A stretch of DNA of 64,000 nt. Origin: an uncultured Chloroflexia bacterium (GTDB lineage: Bacteria; Chloroflexota; Anaerolineae; Aggregatilineales; Aggregatilineaceae). The notes under the pieces were generated by a model. That model had not been told where the DNA came from and did no database searches. It was given only the letters and a program-made list of their open reading frames with translations. Shown here piece by piece: positions 39,545-49,389 of the stretch. The stretch is taken from NCBI GenBank assembly GCA_963850765.1, contig CAWKMN010000005.1, positions 6,084 through 70,083 of the forward strand. The letters run 5' to 3'. Positions within the stretch are counted from its first letter, which is position 1; every line of letters starts with the position of its first letter. The translations under genes and the position numbers were made by a program.

Positions 39545-40048
39545 TTGGGACGCTATATCGGTATCCCGCTGCTCCTGCTGGCGGCTATCCTGGATGCGAC
39601 CTTGATGGCCGAGTTACGCATTGGCGGCGGCGCGCCCGATCTGGTCTTTCTGCTGGTCGTGTCGTGGGCGCTGCTTTCCAGCGTGCAGGAAGCGATGATG
39701 TGGGCGGTGATCGGCGGCGTGCTGAAAGACACCCTGTCGATCGCGCCGCTGGGCACGTCGGCGCTGGGGATGGTCGTGGTGGCGTTCGCTGCGGACTCGA
39801 TCTTCGGCACCGTGCGCCGCAACAACTGGATCGTCCCGCCGCTGGTCGCCGCGGGCGGCACCGTGATCTATCACCTGGGGATTCTGACGGTGCTGCAAAT
39901 TGCGGGTTATGGACTGTCGATCGGCCAGAGCCTCTTGTATGTGACCCTGCCGACGATGATCTACAATCTGCTGCTGATCCTGCCGGTGTTTCGCGCGGTG
40001 GGGTTGATTTACCAATGGCTGACGCCGCGGCGGGTGCGGCTAGAGTAA
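39545..40048 (+). CDS. mreD: rod shape-determining protein MreD
   Basis: 167-aa polytopic membrane protein immediately between mreC and mrdA. Called on composition and position; there is no strong motif. Confidence 0.65.
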   Translation: MGRYIGIPLLLLAAILDATLMAELRIGGGAPDLVFLLVVSWALLSSVQEAMMWAVIGGVLKDTLSIAPLGTSALGMVVVAFAADSIFGTVRRNNWIVPPLVAAGGTVIYHLGILTVLQIAGYGLSIGQSLLYVTLPTMIYNLLLILPVFRAVGLIYQWLTPRRVRLE

Positions 40049-40080
40049 CTGTAAGTTGAGAGTTGGATGAGGTTGCAGCG

Positions 40081-42417
40081 ATGAACGACCGGCAAATCCT
40101 ACCGTTTCAGGGCTTGCGGCTGGTACTGTTCCAGGCGATCGTGATCTGTTCGCTGTTGGTGCTGGTGATCCGCATGGCGGATTTGCAGTTTGCGCGGGGT
40201 GAGCAGTTCCAGACGGACGCCGAAGAAAACCGTTTGCAGGTGGTGTTGGAACCGGCCCCTCGCGGCGCGATTCTGGATCGCTTTGGGACGGCGCTCGCGA
40301 AGAACGATCCCGCCTATAACGTCACGATTGTTCCGGCATCCCTGCCGGATGATCCGGTCGGTGTGGAAGACGTCTATAACCGGCTGTCCGCACTGATCGA
40401 CGTGCCGGCGACGCGCGCCGTGGCCGACGCGGCGGGCCGCACCGACGAGCGCAGCCTCGATGAGATGGTGCAAGAAGGTCGCGGTATCGCGCCCTACCGC
40501 GCCGTGACGGTGGCGACCGACGTGCCCTTTGAGGCGGCCGGGCAGATCCTCGAACAGGCGGCGCTGCTGCCAGGGGTTAACGTGCAGGTCGCTTCGGTGC
40601 GCCAGTATCCCACCGGGGCACTGACGTCCCATCTGGTCGGCTACCTGGGGCCGATCGGCCCGGAAGAAGAGATGGCGCTGCGCGAGTTGGGTTACGACCC
40701 GGCCTTCGACCGCATCGGCTATGCCGGGATCGAGGCGTATTTCGAGAACGAACTCGCAGGCGAACGCGGCACGGAAACCTGGGTGGTGGATGTGGCCGGG
40801 CGGCAGCTTCAGTTGGTAGATGAAAAGCAGCGCGAAGCCGGGTACACCGTGCAGATGACGCTGGATGTGGAGCTTCAGCAGGCGGCACAGGAAGCCCTCA
40901 CCCGGCGGATCAATATCATCAACGCCGACGCGCAGCGGTTGGTCACGCAGCAGGGCGTCGTGATCGCGATGAACCCGTCCAACGGCGAAATCCTGGCGAT
41001 GGTCAGCTGGCCGACCTACGACAATACCCGCTTCGCCCGCGTGATCGACGGCGAGTATTACCTGGGGTTGGAAGCCGATCCGCTGCGCCCGCTGGTGAAC
41101 CATGCGATCAGCGCGCTTTATCCGCCCGGCTCCGTGTGGAAGCTCGTCACGGCGACAGGGGTATTGGAAGAAGACGTGATTTCGCCCACCACCCAGTTGT
41201 TGGACGAGGGGCGGCTGGTGCTGCCCAATGCCTTTGCGCCGCGCGATGTCGGCCTGAGCCAGACCTTTGTCTGCTGGAACCGTAATGGGCACGGGCTGGT
41301 CGATATGCTCCGGGGAATCTCCCAAAGCTGCGATGTGTATTTTTATCAGGTTGGCGGGGGAAACCCGGCTGTTGATCGAAACACGCTGCGCGAAGGGGGG
41401 CTGGGCGTGTTTGATCTCTACCGCTGGGGCACGACCTTCGGCGTTGGGTCCGAGTTGGGCGTCGAACTGCCCGGCGAACTGGCCGGGCGTATGCCCGAGC
41501 GCCAGTGGAAGCGCCGCAACCGCGGCGAAAGCTGGTCCACCGGGGATACCTACAACGCGGCGTTCGGGCAGGGTTACGTGACTATCACGCCGCTGCAGCT
41601 GATCAACGCGGTGGCGGCGCTGGCTAACGGTGGCACGCTCTACCAGCCGACCATCGTCAAGAACCTGCAAGACGCCAACGGCAACATTATCCAGGAGTTC
41701 AAGCCGCGCATCGCCCGGACTATTATGCCAAAGCCCGGCGAAGAAATCGTGCTGCTTCTCCAGGAAGATATGCTGATCAACGGCCAGAACAGCCTCGCCT
41801 GCCGCTGTGAAGATACCAGTGAGTGGTACGATCCGGCGCTGTGCGATCCCGAAAACTATGTAGGGCAGTATGACAGCGACCCGACGGATGATGGGGAAGA
41901 CAACTCCGTGGCCGAAGAGGATCTTGTCCGCTACCGGGTGAATGTGCCCTACAACTACCCGTTTAACGCGGGCATCTGCGACGACCTGGAATTTAACGAT
42001 CTGGGACGCGAAAGTATTTTCCAGCGCGGGCATGCCTATTTCCCACCTTTCGCCAGCGCCGACACGATCGGCTGGATCCAGCGCGGCATGCGCGAAGTGG
42101 TCATCAGCGGCACGTCGTCCGAGGCGGCGATGATCTCCCTGGAAAGTGACGCGATGCCGCTGCCCTATGTCAACGAGGCGGGCAAAACCGGCACGGCGGA
42201 ATACTGCGACGACATCGCGTTCCCGCTGGGGCTGTGCGTGCAGGGACAGTGGCCGTCCCACGGGTGGTATGTCGGCTATGCCCCCTACGAAAACCCGGAG
42301 ATCATCGTGATCGCGTTTATCTACAACGGCGGTGAAGGTGCGCTGGTCGCCACGCCGATCGTGCGCGAGGTGATGAACGCCTATTTCACGCTCAAGGCGC
42401 AGCGCGGGCAGCAGTAG
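40081..42417 (+). CDS. mrdA: penicillin-binding protein 2 (elongation transpeptidase)
   Basis: N-terminal TM and PBP dimerisation domain. SxxK (SVWK) and KTGTA motifs. Follows mreBCD. ORF open from 40063. Confidence 0.85.
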   Translation: MNDRQILPFQGLRLVLFQAIVICSLLVLVIRMADLQFARGEQFQTDAEENRLQVVLEPAPRGAILDRFGTALAKNDPAYNVTIVPASLPDDPVGVEDVYNRLSALIDVPATRAVADAAGRTDERSLDEMVQEGRGIAPYRAVTVATDVPFEAAGQILEQAALLPGVNVQVASVRQYPTGALTSHLVGYLGPIGPEEEMALRELGYDPAFDRIGYAGIEAYFENELAGERGTETWVVDVAGRQLQLVDEKQREAGYTVQMTLDVELQQAAQEALTRRINIINADAQRLVTQQGVVIAMNPSNGEILAMVSWPTYDNTRFARVIDGEYYLGLEADPLRPLVNHAISALYPPGSVWKLVTATGVLEEDVISPTTQLLDEGRLVLPNAFAPRDVGLSQTFVCWNRNGHGLVDMLRGISQSCDVYFYQVGGGNPAVDRNTLREGGLGVFDLYRWGTTFGVGSELGVELPGELAGRMPERQWKRRNRGESWSTGDTYNAAFGQGYVTITPLQLINAVAALANGGTLYQPTIVKNLQDANGNIIQEFKPRIARTIMPKPGEEIVLLLQEDMLINGQNSLACRCEDTSEWYDPALCDPENYVGQYDSDPTDDGEDNSVAEEDLVRYRVNVPYNYPFNAGICDDLEFNDLGRESIFQRGHAYFPPFASADTIGWIQRGMREVVISGTSSEAAMISLESDAMPLPYVNEAGKTGTAEYCDDIAFPLGLCVQGQWPSHGWYVGYAPYENPEIIVIAFIYNGGEGALVATPIVREVMNAYFTLKAQRGQQ

Positions 42418-42493
42418 CGGGAAGGCAGCAATCAGCTTTCCGCGGTCGGCTCGATTGAGCAAATGCATATTTACCGTTAGATGCGGTAACGCC

Positions 42494-42548
42494 TGTAGGG
42501 GCGACCCACCGGGTCGCCCTGGGCGGGCTATGTTAGCCCGCCCCTACA
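42494..42548. repeat. 55-nt three-hairpin element (opposite orientation to the 15028 copy)
   Basis: tgtaggggcgacccaccgggtcgccctgggcgggctatgttagcccgcccctaca. The outer stem tgtagggg/cccctaca encloses two GC hairpins. Confidence 0.8.
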
Positions 42549-42679
42549 TGAGCGCTCACATTGCCGCATTTAAAAGTAAAAGAGCATAAGCTCAATGTCT
42601 TGTGCGCTCTCGTTGCACCGGGAGCACACAGGGATGCTCCCCTACGGCAGACGGACCACTGCCCACTGTGAGCTGTCTA

Positions 42680-43435
42680 CTATCGACTCTGCCACACCTC
42701 ATACGCGCCGAGCATGATGAATTCCACCAGCAGCAGCGCCGCCAGCAGCGTGGCGACCGCTGTCAGGCCGATCAGCAGGTAAGCGCGCAGGTTAACCTGC
42801 GTGAGCAGCGCCACGACGAGCATATCCAGCAGCAAGGCGACAACCAGCACGCCGCCCGCGATCGTCAGCAGACGCAGCGAGCGGTGCGCAGCCTGCCCCG
42901 CGACAACCCACAACCCCGCGCCCAACAGCATCAGCACGACGCCCGGCAAGAACTGCACGATCAACCCCGCCTGACCGTTCAGGCTGCCCACGTTCACAAT
43001 TGGAATGCTGCATACCACCGTGCGCGGGCTGTAAATGGAATACGCCAGATCGACTGGCTGGACATGCACGCGCATAAAATCACCGGAGACTCCGGTCGCG
43101 CGCACCGTGCAGCCCGTATGGACGCCTTCGCCGCCGTTCAGGTTCACAAAACATTCACCATAGTCGAGGGCGAGCGTATGCAGCGCCGTATCAGTATTGG
43201 TGACGCTGAGTTTGACCGTGCCCCGCTCGCCGTCGGACAGGGCCGGCGGACAGCGAACCTCCTCCGGCTCAGAGAACGGCATCGGGTAGGCATCGAGCGC
43301 GACATCGACCTCGAACACGCGGGTTTCGAGTTCCTGATCGGTGCGGTGCAGCAGCCAGTACAACGACACTGCGCTGCCGATCACAAACAGAACCACCGCG
43401 AGGCCGGTCATCCATCGTCGGGTAGGCGGGTGCAT
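42680..43435 (-). CDS. hypothetical polytopic membrane protein
   Basis: N-terminal TM, a ~150-aa extracytoplasmic segment and three C-terminal TM helices. No domain recognised. Confidence 0.45.
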   Translation of the reverse strand: MHPPTRRWMTGLAVVLFVIGSAVSLYWLLHRTDQELETRVFEVDVALDAYPMPFSEPEEVRCPPALSDGERGTVKLSVTNTDTALHTLALDYGECFVNLNGGEGVHTGCTVRATGVSGDFMRVHVQPVDLAYSIYSPRTVVCSIPIVNVGSLNGQAGLIVQFLPGVVLMLLGAGLWVVAGQAAHRSLRLLTIAGGVLVVALLLDMLVVALLTQVNLRAYLLIGLTAVATLLAALLLVEFIMLGAYEVWQSR

Positions 43436-43502
43436 CAGTGAATCCCCCTGGTTTGGTGAAAGTTCTGCGCGGAGTATAGGCCGGTCCGGGGTGGGGCGCG
43501 AG

Positions 43503-43994
43503 TCAGCCTGTCAGCAGGGTATGCTCAACCACGAGATAAACCAGCACCATGAACAGCACCAGCGCCAGCACCGACGGCGCGACCATCAGCGCCAGCCGCA
43601 GATTGGCCTCCGGTACAAAGACCGTGGCTCCTATGCTCAGCAGCAGACAGAAGACGATCGCGCTGCCATACGCCGTCCAGACGTGGGCGGAGGGAGCATC
43701 GGGGCGGCCGCCGAGAAACCACAGCGCGCCGCCGGATGACAGCGCCGCCAACCCGACGAGAAATCCGCCGATGACAAAACGCGACCCGGCCTGATCGATG
43801 CCCCGAATCAGCGGCGGGAGCGGAGTCGGGCCGGTCGTAGGCCGTCGCGGCATAAAGGCGGTGTCGATGATCAGCCGGTGCTGGAATTCCTGCGCGACTC
43901 GACCGACCAGCGCCAGCAGCACGACCGTTACTCCCAGGATGAACAGGGTCAGCGCGTAGGAGGTGAGCAGGCGGCGGGTCGGGTCCTGGGCCAT
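43503..43994 (-). CDS. hypothetical polytopic membrane protein
   Basis: Four predicted TM helices. 15-nt gap to the upstream SLT gene. Confidence 0.45.
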   Translation of the reverse strand: MAQDPTRRLLTSYALTLFILGVTVVLLALVGRVAQEFQHRLIIDTAFMPRRPTTGPTPLPPLIRGIDQAGSRFVIGGFLVGLAALSSGGALWFLGGRPDAPSAHVWTAYGSAIVFCLLLSIGATVFVPEANLRLALMVAPSVLALVLFMVLVYLVVEHTLLTG

Positions 43995-44009
43995 GGCAAT
44001 TCCTGTTTT

Positions 44010-46446
44010 TTAAGTCGTACCGTAAAGCTCGCGGTAGACGTTGTACTGCTCGTAGATGCGGCGCACATAGGTGCGCGTCTCGTCGTAGCTGATGGCCTGG
44101 ACGAACAGATCCAGGTCCGGGCCGGAGATGCTGAGCCACTGGGTCGCGTTGCCAGGACCGCCATTGTAGCCGGCCAGCGCCGCATAGGGCAGGCCGTCCA
44201 TCATATCCATCACATACCGCAGATAGTATGCGCCAAACTTGACGTTGATATAGGGCCGGTAGACGTCGCTGTTCTGGTAGTTCGGCCAGCCCAGCCGATC
44301 CGCGATCCACTGCCCGGTATCGGGGATGATCTGCATCAATCCCTGTGCAGCGGCGTAGGACGTGGCGAATCCCTCAAACAGGCTCTCCTGCCGGATCAGC
44401 GAGAACATCAGCAGGGGATCGAGAGCGTTTTCGGCAGCAGCGGGCAGCACGAGCTCTTTGTAATAGGCGGGATAGCGCAGCCGCGCGATGTAGGACGGGG
44501 CCTGCGTGGTATCCACCCCCGCGTCGGTGATCAGGTCGGCGGCCGCGTTGATCGAGAGCCTGTACAGGCCCAGGTCGCGGAAATAGATCGCCAACTGGTA
44601 GGTGGCCAGCGGGTCGTCCTGCATAGCGATGCGCAGGGCATCGAACTCCATCTCGGCGGCTTCATAGGCAGTGGTGGACGCACCAACTATCAGCAACTCA
44701 CGGCCCCGGATCATGCGCGGATCGTTCTCCAGCGTTTCGCTCAGGGGATAGAGCGCCTCGGTCTGGGTGATGCCAAACGTCGAGCGCAGCCACGCCTCGG
44801 CTTCGGTTAGCTGCGCGGACTCGTCAAACTCAAACACGGTGCCGGCTGGCGGCTGGAACGGTTCGCGCCCGGTGAGCAGGTCGTTGGCGCGGATGCTGTA
44901 GTAGCCGCCGGGGTCGGCGCTGGCGGCCGCCTGGAACGCCTGCGCGGCGAGATCGGGCTTGTTATCGGCCTGATACAGCCGCCCCACCCACAGATATGCC
45001 GCGGCTTTCAGTTCCCCCGTGCCGATCTCGGCCAGCCGCCCGAACAACTGCGCGGCCATCGCCGATGTTGTCGGCGTTGTAGGCCATCGTCGCGCCCATG
45101 AACAGCCCTTCCTGCGCCCGTTCCGTGGTGGGGAACATCTGGCCCAGGATGTCGAAGGTTGCCAGCGCGGACTCGGTATTGCCGAGCGTGCTGTAAAGAT
45201 AGCCGGCCCGCCAGAGCGCCTCTGCGCCCTGCGGCACGTCGGGATGCTGAGTCGCCAACGCGGAATACTTCTCGATCGCCCCGGTGATGTCATTGCTTAG
45301 GAACAGGGTGCGGCCCTGTTCGAGCCATGCATCGCCAAAAGCCGGATCGTTGGGATAGGTGTCGATGATCGTCTGGAAGGTCGTCAGCGCGGCCTGGTTG
45401 TTCCCCACGCCGCGATACGACTCTCCGAGCATCATCAGCAGTTCAGGCGACTGCGCGCCCTCGTCGCTGATCGCCGTGTTGAGCGCTTGAATCGCGGCGT
45501 TGTAATCTTCGTTGTAGTAATCAATCCGTCCCTGCTGCGCCGCCTCGATCTCAAGTTCCGCGCCAAGCAGCACCCCAAGCGCCTGATAGGCTTGCTCGCT
45601 GGCCGGGTAGTCATTCACGATCCGCTGCAAGCGTGTATAGCCGCCCGCGAAGTCGCCCGAGTCCAGCAGGACCCGCGCGGCCTGATAGTCAATGCTGGCG
45701 CGATAGAAGCTGTTTTCGGCAAAGGCGAGGATCGCGTCGTACTGGGCGACGGCCTGGTCCGGCTGCCCGGCGTTGAGATAGCCGGCGGCGACTCGCTCGC
45801 GCAGCGACGCCAGCGACGACGATTCGCGGGTGGCGTCGGCGGCTTTCGTGTAGGCATTCAGGGACTGCTGCGGCTCACCCAGCGCGAGATACGCATCGCC
45901 GACGCGCTCGTGGACGTAGCTGTCGATCAGGCCCGGGCGCAGGGTCAGGTACGCGTTGAAATCGGTGATCGCCAGCATCCACTCGCTCAGGCCGAGATAG
46001 GCATCGCCGCGCAGGAACATGGCGTGTGCGCGGCGCGGATCTTCGGGAAACGAGTCGATGAATGCAGTCAGTGCCTCAGCCGCCTGAGCGTATAGTCCTT
46101 CGCGCAGGGCCGCCTCGCCCTGGCCGTACATCGCCCCGGCGCGCAGTTCGGGGTCGGCATCTTCCTGAACGATGACCGCCTCGAAAAACGTCACCGCGGT
46201 TTCATAATCGCCGTTGCGCAGGGCGCTTTGAGCATCCTGAAAGGCGACCTGGGGCGGCAGGGTGGCCGTCGGGACGATCTGCGGTGTTGGCGTGATATAG
46301 GGCACTGTCGGCGTGGAGAGATTGAGCAGTGCCGGGTTGCTCGGCGTGGCCGTGATGACCAGCGGCTTAGGCTCCTGGGCGGCGTTGCAGGCCAGCGCCG
46401 CGACGAACAGCAGACAGGCGGGTATCAATAGGCGTATGGTTTTCAT
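44010..46446 (-). pseudogene. lipoprotein lytic murein transglycosylase (TPR repeats + SLT domain), frame disrupted near 45060
   Basis: Lipobox LAC, long TPR region and an SLT catalytic block (IRQESLFEGFATSYAAAQGLMQI..AGYNGGPG). Junction ..YNADNIG / MAAQLFGRLAEIG.. joins 44962..46446 to 44010..45293. Confidence 0.8.
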
Positions 46447-46526
46447 GCGGCGATTATCGCGGGGCGGGGGGAGATTGTCAACCGGACACGGCGGCTCCGA
46501 CGAGCAACCGGCGGGATGAAGTCAGG

Positions 46527-46790
46527 TTAAGCGGCAGAGACGGCGACGACCTTCACCGGCGTGCCGAGCCGCTGCATGAAATCCTGGCAGACTTCCCAGG
46601 TGAGCGGGAAGTATTGCGTATCAGCTCCGGCCAGATACATCACGATGTCCATCAGCATGTCTGTATCTTCATCAGGACCGAAACCGCCCTCGACGAGGCT
46701 GTTTTCTGCCCACTTGACCAGATCGGGCAGTGTGATTGTATTGTTGAGATAGGCGAGCAGCTTGGCGCTAACGTGTTTGCGGATGATCAT
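46527..46790 (-). CDS. hypothetical small protein (88 aa)
   Basis: ATG at 46790 preceded by AGGAG. Acidic protein (..LVKWAENSLVEGGFGPDEDTDMLMDIVMYLAG..). No domain recognised. Alternative start at 46808. Confidence 0.45.
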   Translation of the reverse strand: MIIRKHVSAKLLAYLNNTITLPDLVKWAENSLVEGGFGPDEDTDMLMDIVMYLAGADTQYFPLTWEVCQDFMQRLGTPVKVVAVSAA

Positions 46791-47055
46791 CGTTTTCTCC
46801 TGGCTCATTGCTGTCGTGGCGGATGATTTGGTGTCCTGTGTCCTCCGGGTATTTTTGGTGGTATTCGACCAACTCACCATTGTCGTTGAAAATCTGCTGG
46901 ACCACTTGCAGCGTATTTTCATCTGCATCCACTATCTTGATTATACGCTGTAATCCGCCGACCTGACCTTTGCGATCACGCCAATAGCGCCGTCCCCCGC
47001 CGGGCAGGTCTTCCCAATTTGGATATTCTTTTTCGTTTTGGCGGCGATTCGCCAT
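46768..47055 (-). CDS. hypothetical small basic protein (95 aa)
   Basis: The ATG lies 8 nt after the GT-C gene stop, with GGAG upstream. MANRRQNEKEYPNWEDLPGGGRRYWRDRKG... No domain recognised. GC looks lower than the flanks. Confidence 0.45.
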   Translation of the reverse strand: MANRRQNEKEYPNWEDLPGGGRRYWRDRKGQVGGLQRIIKIVDADENTLQVVQQIFNDNGELVEYHQKYPEDTGHQIIRHDSNEPGENDDHPQTR

Positions 47056-47063
47056 AGTCTCCT

Positions 47064-49163
47064 CTATTCTGCCTCTGCCTGCCCCAGGATCAGCGTGGGC
47101 GTGAAGGTTGTCTCATCCCCACTGGGCACGCGGAAGATTGCCTGAATGCCCACGGTGCCATCCTCGCGCACCCGCACCGGATCGAACAGCCCCAGGTCGA
47201 GCGAGAACGGCCCGGCAGAGTCGAGCGGCAGTGACAGGTTGAGGCGCTGCACCATCGTATCGCCCGCGGCCCACGTCAGCCCGGAGACGGCGTGCCCCTG
47301 GTCTTCCGCCACCGTCGCGCCGTTAGCGTCGATTACATGCACGACGGGCAAAAACGACCAGATGCCGCGCTCTGGGTGCAGCGCTTCGATCCGCCAGAAC
47401 GTATCGAGCGTAACCGCTGCGCCTGGAGTGAGATCGCCGTCCAGGGTCCAGCCGATGAAGCTCACGTCGATGTCGGACGGGATGCCGGCGGGGTGCTCGA
47501 TGCGCAGATCGGTGGGCATCACGCGCCAAATCGTGATACGGGTATTGTCGTCCAGCACCAGCGGCGATCCGGCTGGGGATGCGTAGGGCGGCACGATCGG
47601 AGGTGGATCGCCGGGCTTCTCGAACAGCACGTAGAGTCCACCCTGCGGCGGGACGAGCGCGGCGCGGCCATAGGTATAGGTGTCCTCGGTGCGGAAATTC
47701 CGTCCGACCAGGGCGATTGGCGTCCATTCGGGCATGCGCGAAAACACGGCCAGATCGGGTGCGCCCGCGTCGATCAGCCGTTCCCGCAGGGCCGACGCCT
47801 CTTCGAGCGGAAGCGTTTCGGGCAGGTCCTCGCCGGGATAGGCGGCGGTGTTCTGCGCAAAGCGGATCGTGTTCAGGCCGTTGATCCCGGCCGTGACGGC
47901 GATCAGGCCCGCCAGGAGGATCCATCCTGGCCGGCGGAAGGTCAGCCGCTGTTCGATGAGCCAGTCCGCGCCCCACGCGGCGAGTCCATGCCCGGCGGGG
48001 ATGGTCAGCAGCAGGTAAAACGGATGCACGAGGCGCGAGACATAGCTCATCATCAGCACGGGCAGCAGGAACCAGACGAGGAAAATAATGCTCACCACAG
48101 AGGGCACAGAGAGCATAGAGATTCTTGAGGAAAAAGAATGAACCGCAGAGACGCAGAGAACGCGGAGATTCTTAAGAGAGCGCGGAATGTAGGGGCGGGT
48201 TAACAAACCCGCCCTGTTTTCAGATGAATAAGCCGATTGATTCAGATATAGATTGGTCAGTGCCCGCACGATGCCGAGTGCAATCGCCAGCACCCACAGG
48301 GCATGTATCGCGTCGCTCAGCGCGTCGCGGCGGGCGGTATCGCGGGCAGGGGCTTGTTCCCCGCGCTCGTCCGCATAGCCGCCACCGGTCACGAGTCGCA
48401 GGGCATGGCCGAGCGCCTCTCCAGAGAGCTTCGCCGGGCCCGACGCGAACTGATCGGCGCGGGCGGACGTGTCGTCCCACTGGCGCGCCAATCCGATCCC
48501 GTACAGCGCCATCAACACGGCGAAGATCGCCGCGCCCAGGATTAGCGGCCGCTTCGGAATTCGCCGCCAGAACAGCACAATCAGCAGGCCGACCGGCGCG
48601 ATCAGCGTATAGGCCAGCAGATAGGTATGCGCGAACAGCGCCAGCCCGATCAGCGCGATCAGGGTGCGCCGGGCAGGATGCCGCGTCTGCCCGGTCAGGA
48701 CCGGGACGAGCGCCCAGAAGATCAGGCAGACGAAAAACGGCGCGAAACTCTGCACCCAGGTGCGGCGGCTGTCTTCGATGATCCACGGGTTGGCGGCGAA
48801 CAGGGTCGCTCCGATCAGCGCGGGCCGCGTGCCGATCAGCCAGCGCAGCGCGCGATAGGCCAGCCAGATCGCGACGGTGTTCAGGATCAGGGTGGCGGCA
48901 TAGGCGGCGACAGGATGTCGGACCAGGGCGATCAGCGGCGCGAACAGGTAGCCGGTCAGCGGCGGGTTGGCGAACAGGACCGACGTGCCCTGTCCGGCCA
49001 GCGGAAACTCGCCCGCGTCGAGGGTCTGGATCGCCTGCCAGATCGGGTAGACCTGATCGACGTTGACCTCAATATCGCCCATATGCTGGAAGCGCAGCGA
49101 CGCGCCCACCGCGACAATCGCGATCAGCGCCAGCCGCTCCCAGGGGGTAAACAAATGCCGCAT
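47064..49163 (-). CDS. GT-C-fold (ArnT/PMT-like) membrane glycosyltransferase-like protein carrying an in-frame repeat insertion
   Basis: About 11 TM helices, first-loop motif (NVDQVYPIW) and a large C-terminal extracytoplasmic domain. The family call is tentative. A single 699-aa ORF reads through the repeats at 48090-48220. Confidence 0.55.
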   Translation of the reverse strand: MRHLFTPWERLALIAIVAVGASLRFQHMGDIEVNVDQVYPIWQAIQTLDAGEFPLAGQGTSVLFANPPLTGYLFAPLIALVRHPVAAYAATLILNTVAIWLAYRALRWLIGTRPALIGATLFAANPWIIEDSRRTWVQSFAPFFVCLIFWALVPVLTGQTRHPARRTLIALIGLALFAHTYLLAYTLIAPVGLLIVLFWRRIPKRPLILGAAIFAVLMALYGIGLARQWDDTSARADQFASGPAKLSGEALGHALRLVTGGGYADERGEQAPARDTARRDALSDAIHALWVLAIALGIVRALTNLYLNQSAYSSENRAGLLTRPYIPRSLKNLRVLCVSAVHSFSSRISMLSVPSVVSIIFLVWFLLPVLMMSYVSRLVHPFYLLLTIPAGHGLAAWGADWLIEQRLTFRRPGWILLAGLIAVTAGINGLNTIRFAQNTAAYPGEDLPETLPLEEASALRERLIDAGAPDLAVFSRMPEWTPIALVGRNFRTEDTYTYGRAALVPPQGGLYVLFEKPGDPPPIVPPYASPAGSPLVLDDNTRITIWRVMPTDLRIEHPAGIPSDIDVSFIGWTLDGDLTPGAAVTLDTFWRIEALHPERGIWSFLPVVHVIDANGATVAEDQGHAVSGLTWAAGDTMVQRLNLSLPLDSAGPFSLDLGLFDPVRVREDGTVGIQAIFRVPSGDETTFTPTLILGQAEAE
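48090..48220. repeat. three concatenated intergenic-type repeat modules inside the GT-C ORF
   Basis: caccacagagggcacagagagc (48094-48115), gaaccgcagagacgcagagaacgcggag (48139-48167) and gtaggggcgggttaacaaacccgccctg (48189-48216). Each matches copies elsewhere in the window. Confidence 0.85.
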
Positions 49164-49230
49164 AAAGCCTCCGTTGAGCGGGGGTTATCATAGCGCAGGG
49201 ACAGACTGGCGTCGAGAGCGTATCCCACCA

Positions 49231-49259
49231 TTGACGCTTGGCCCGGCCTTGGCTACAAT
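49231..49259 (+). promoter_or_regulatory. near-consensus sigma-70 promoter for rplY
   Basis: -35 TTGACG (49231-49236), 17-nt spacer, -10 TACAAT (49254-49259). About 125-nt leader to the ATG at 49390. Confidence 0.55.
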
Positions 49260-49389
49260 TGCGTCCGCTGTGAACGCTGACTTCGGTGTGAGTTTGGCGC
49301 AGCAAACGAGAGAAAAGCTGCCCGCGCGTGCTGTTCTGGCCCGGCGGGTTTGATGTGTCTAAACCCGGTTTGCGAGGAGAACGAGTTAG

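Noticed and set aside
40099-42468. 789-aa minus-strand ORF
   Set aside because: It lies antisense to mrdA, which carries SxxK and KTGTA motifs. It has a shadow-ORF composition. The same reasoning applies to 13711..15027, 59479..61062, 33918..34988 and 53492..54418.
42680-43994. Two polytopic membrane proteins as a divergent RodA substitute
   Set aside because: They are too short (251 and 163 aa), on the opposite strand, and show no SEDS-like features. The absence of rodA is more simply explained by a copy elsewhere in the genome.
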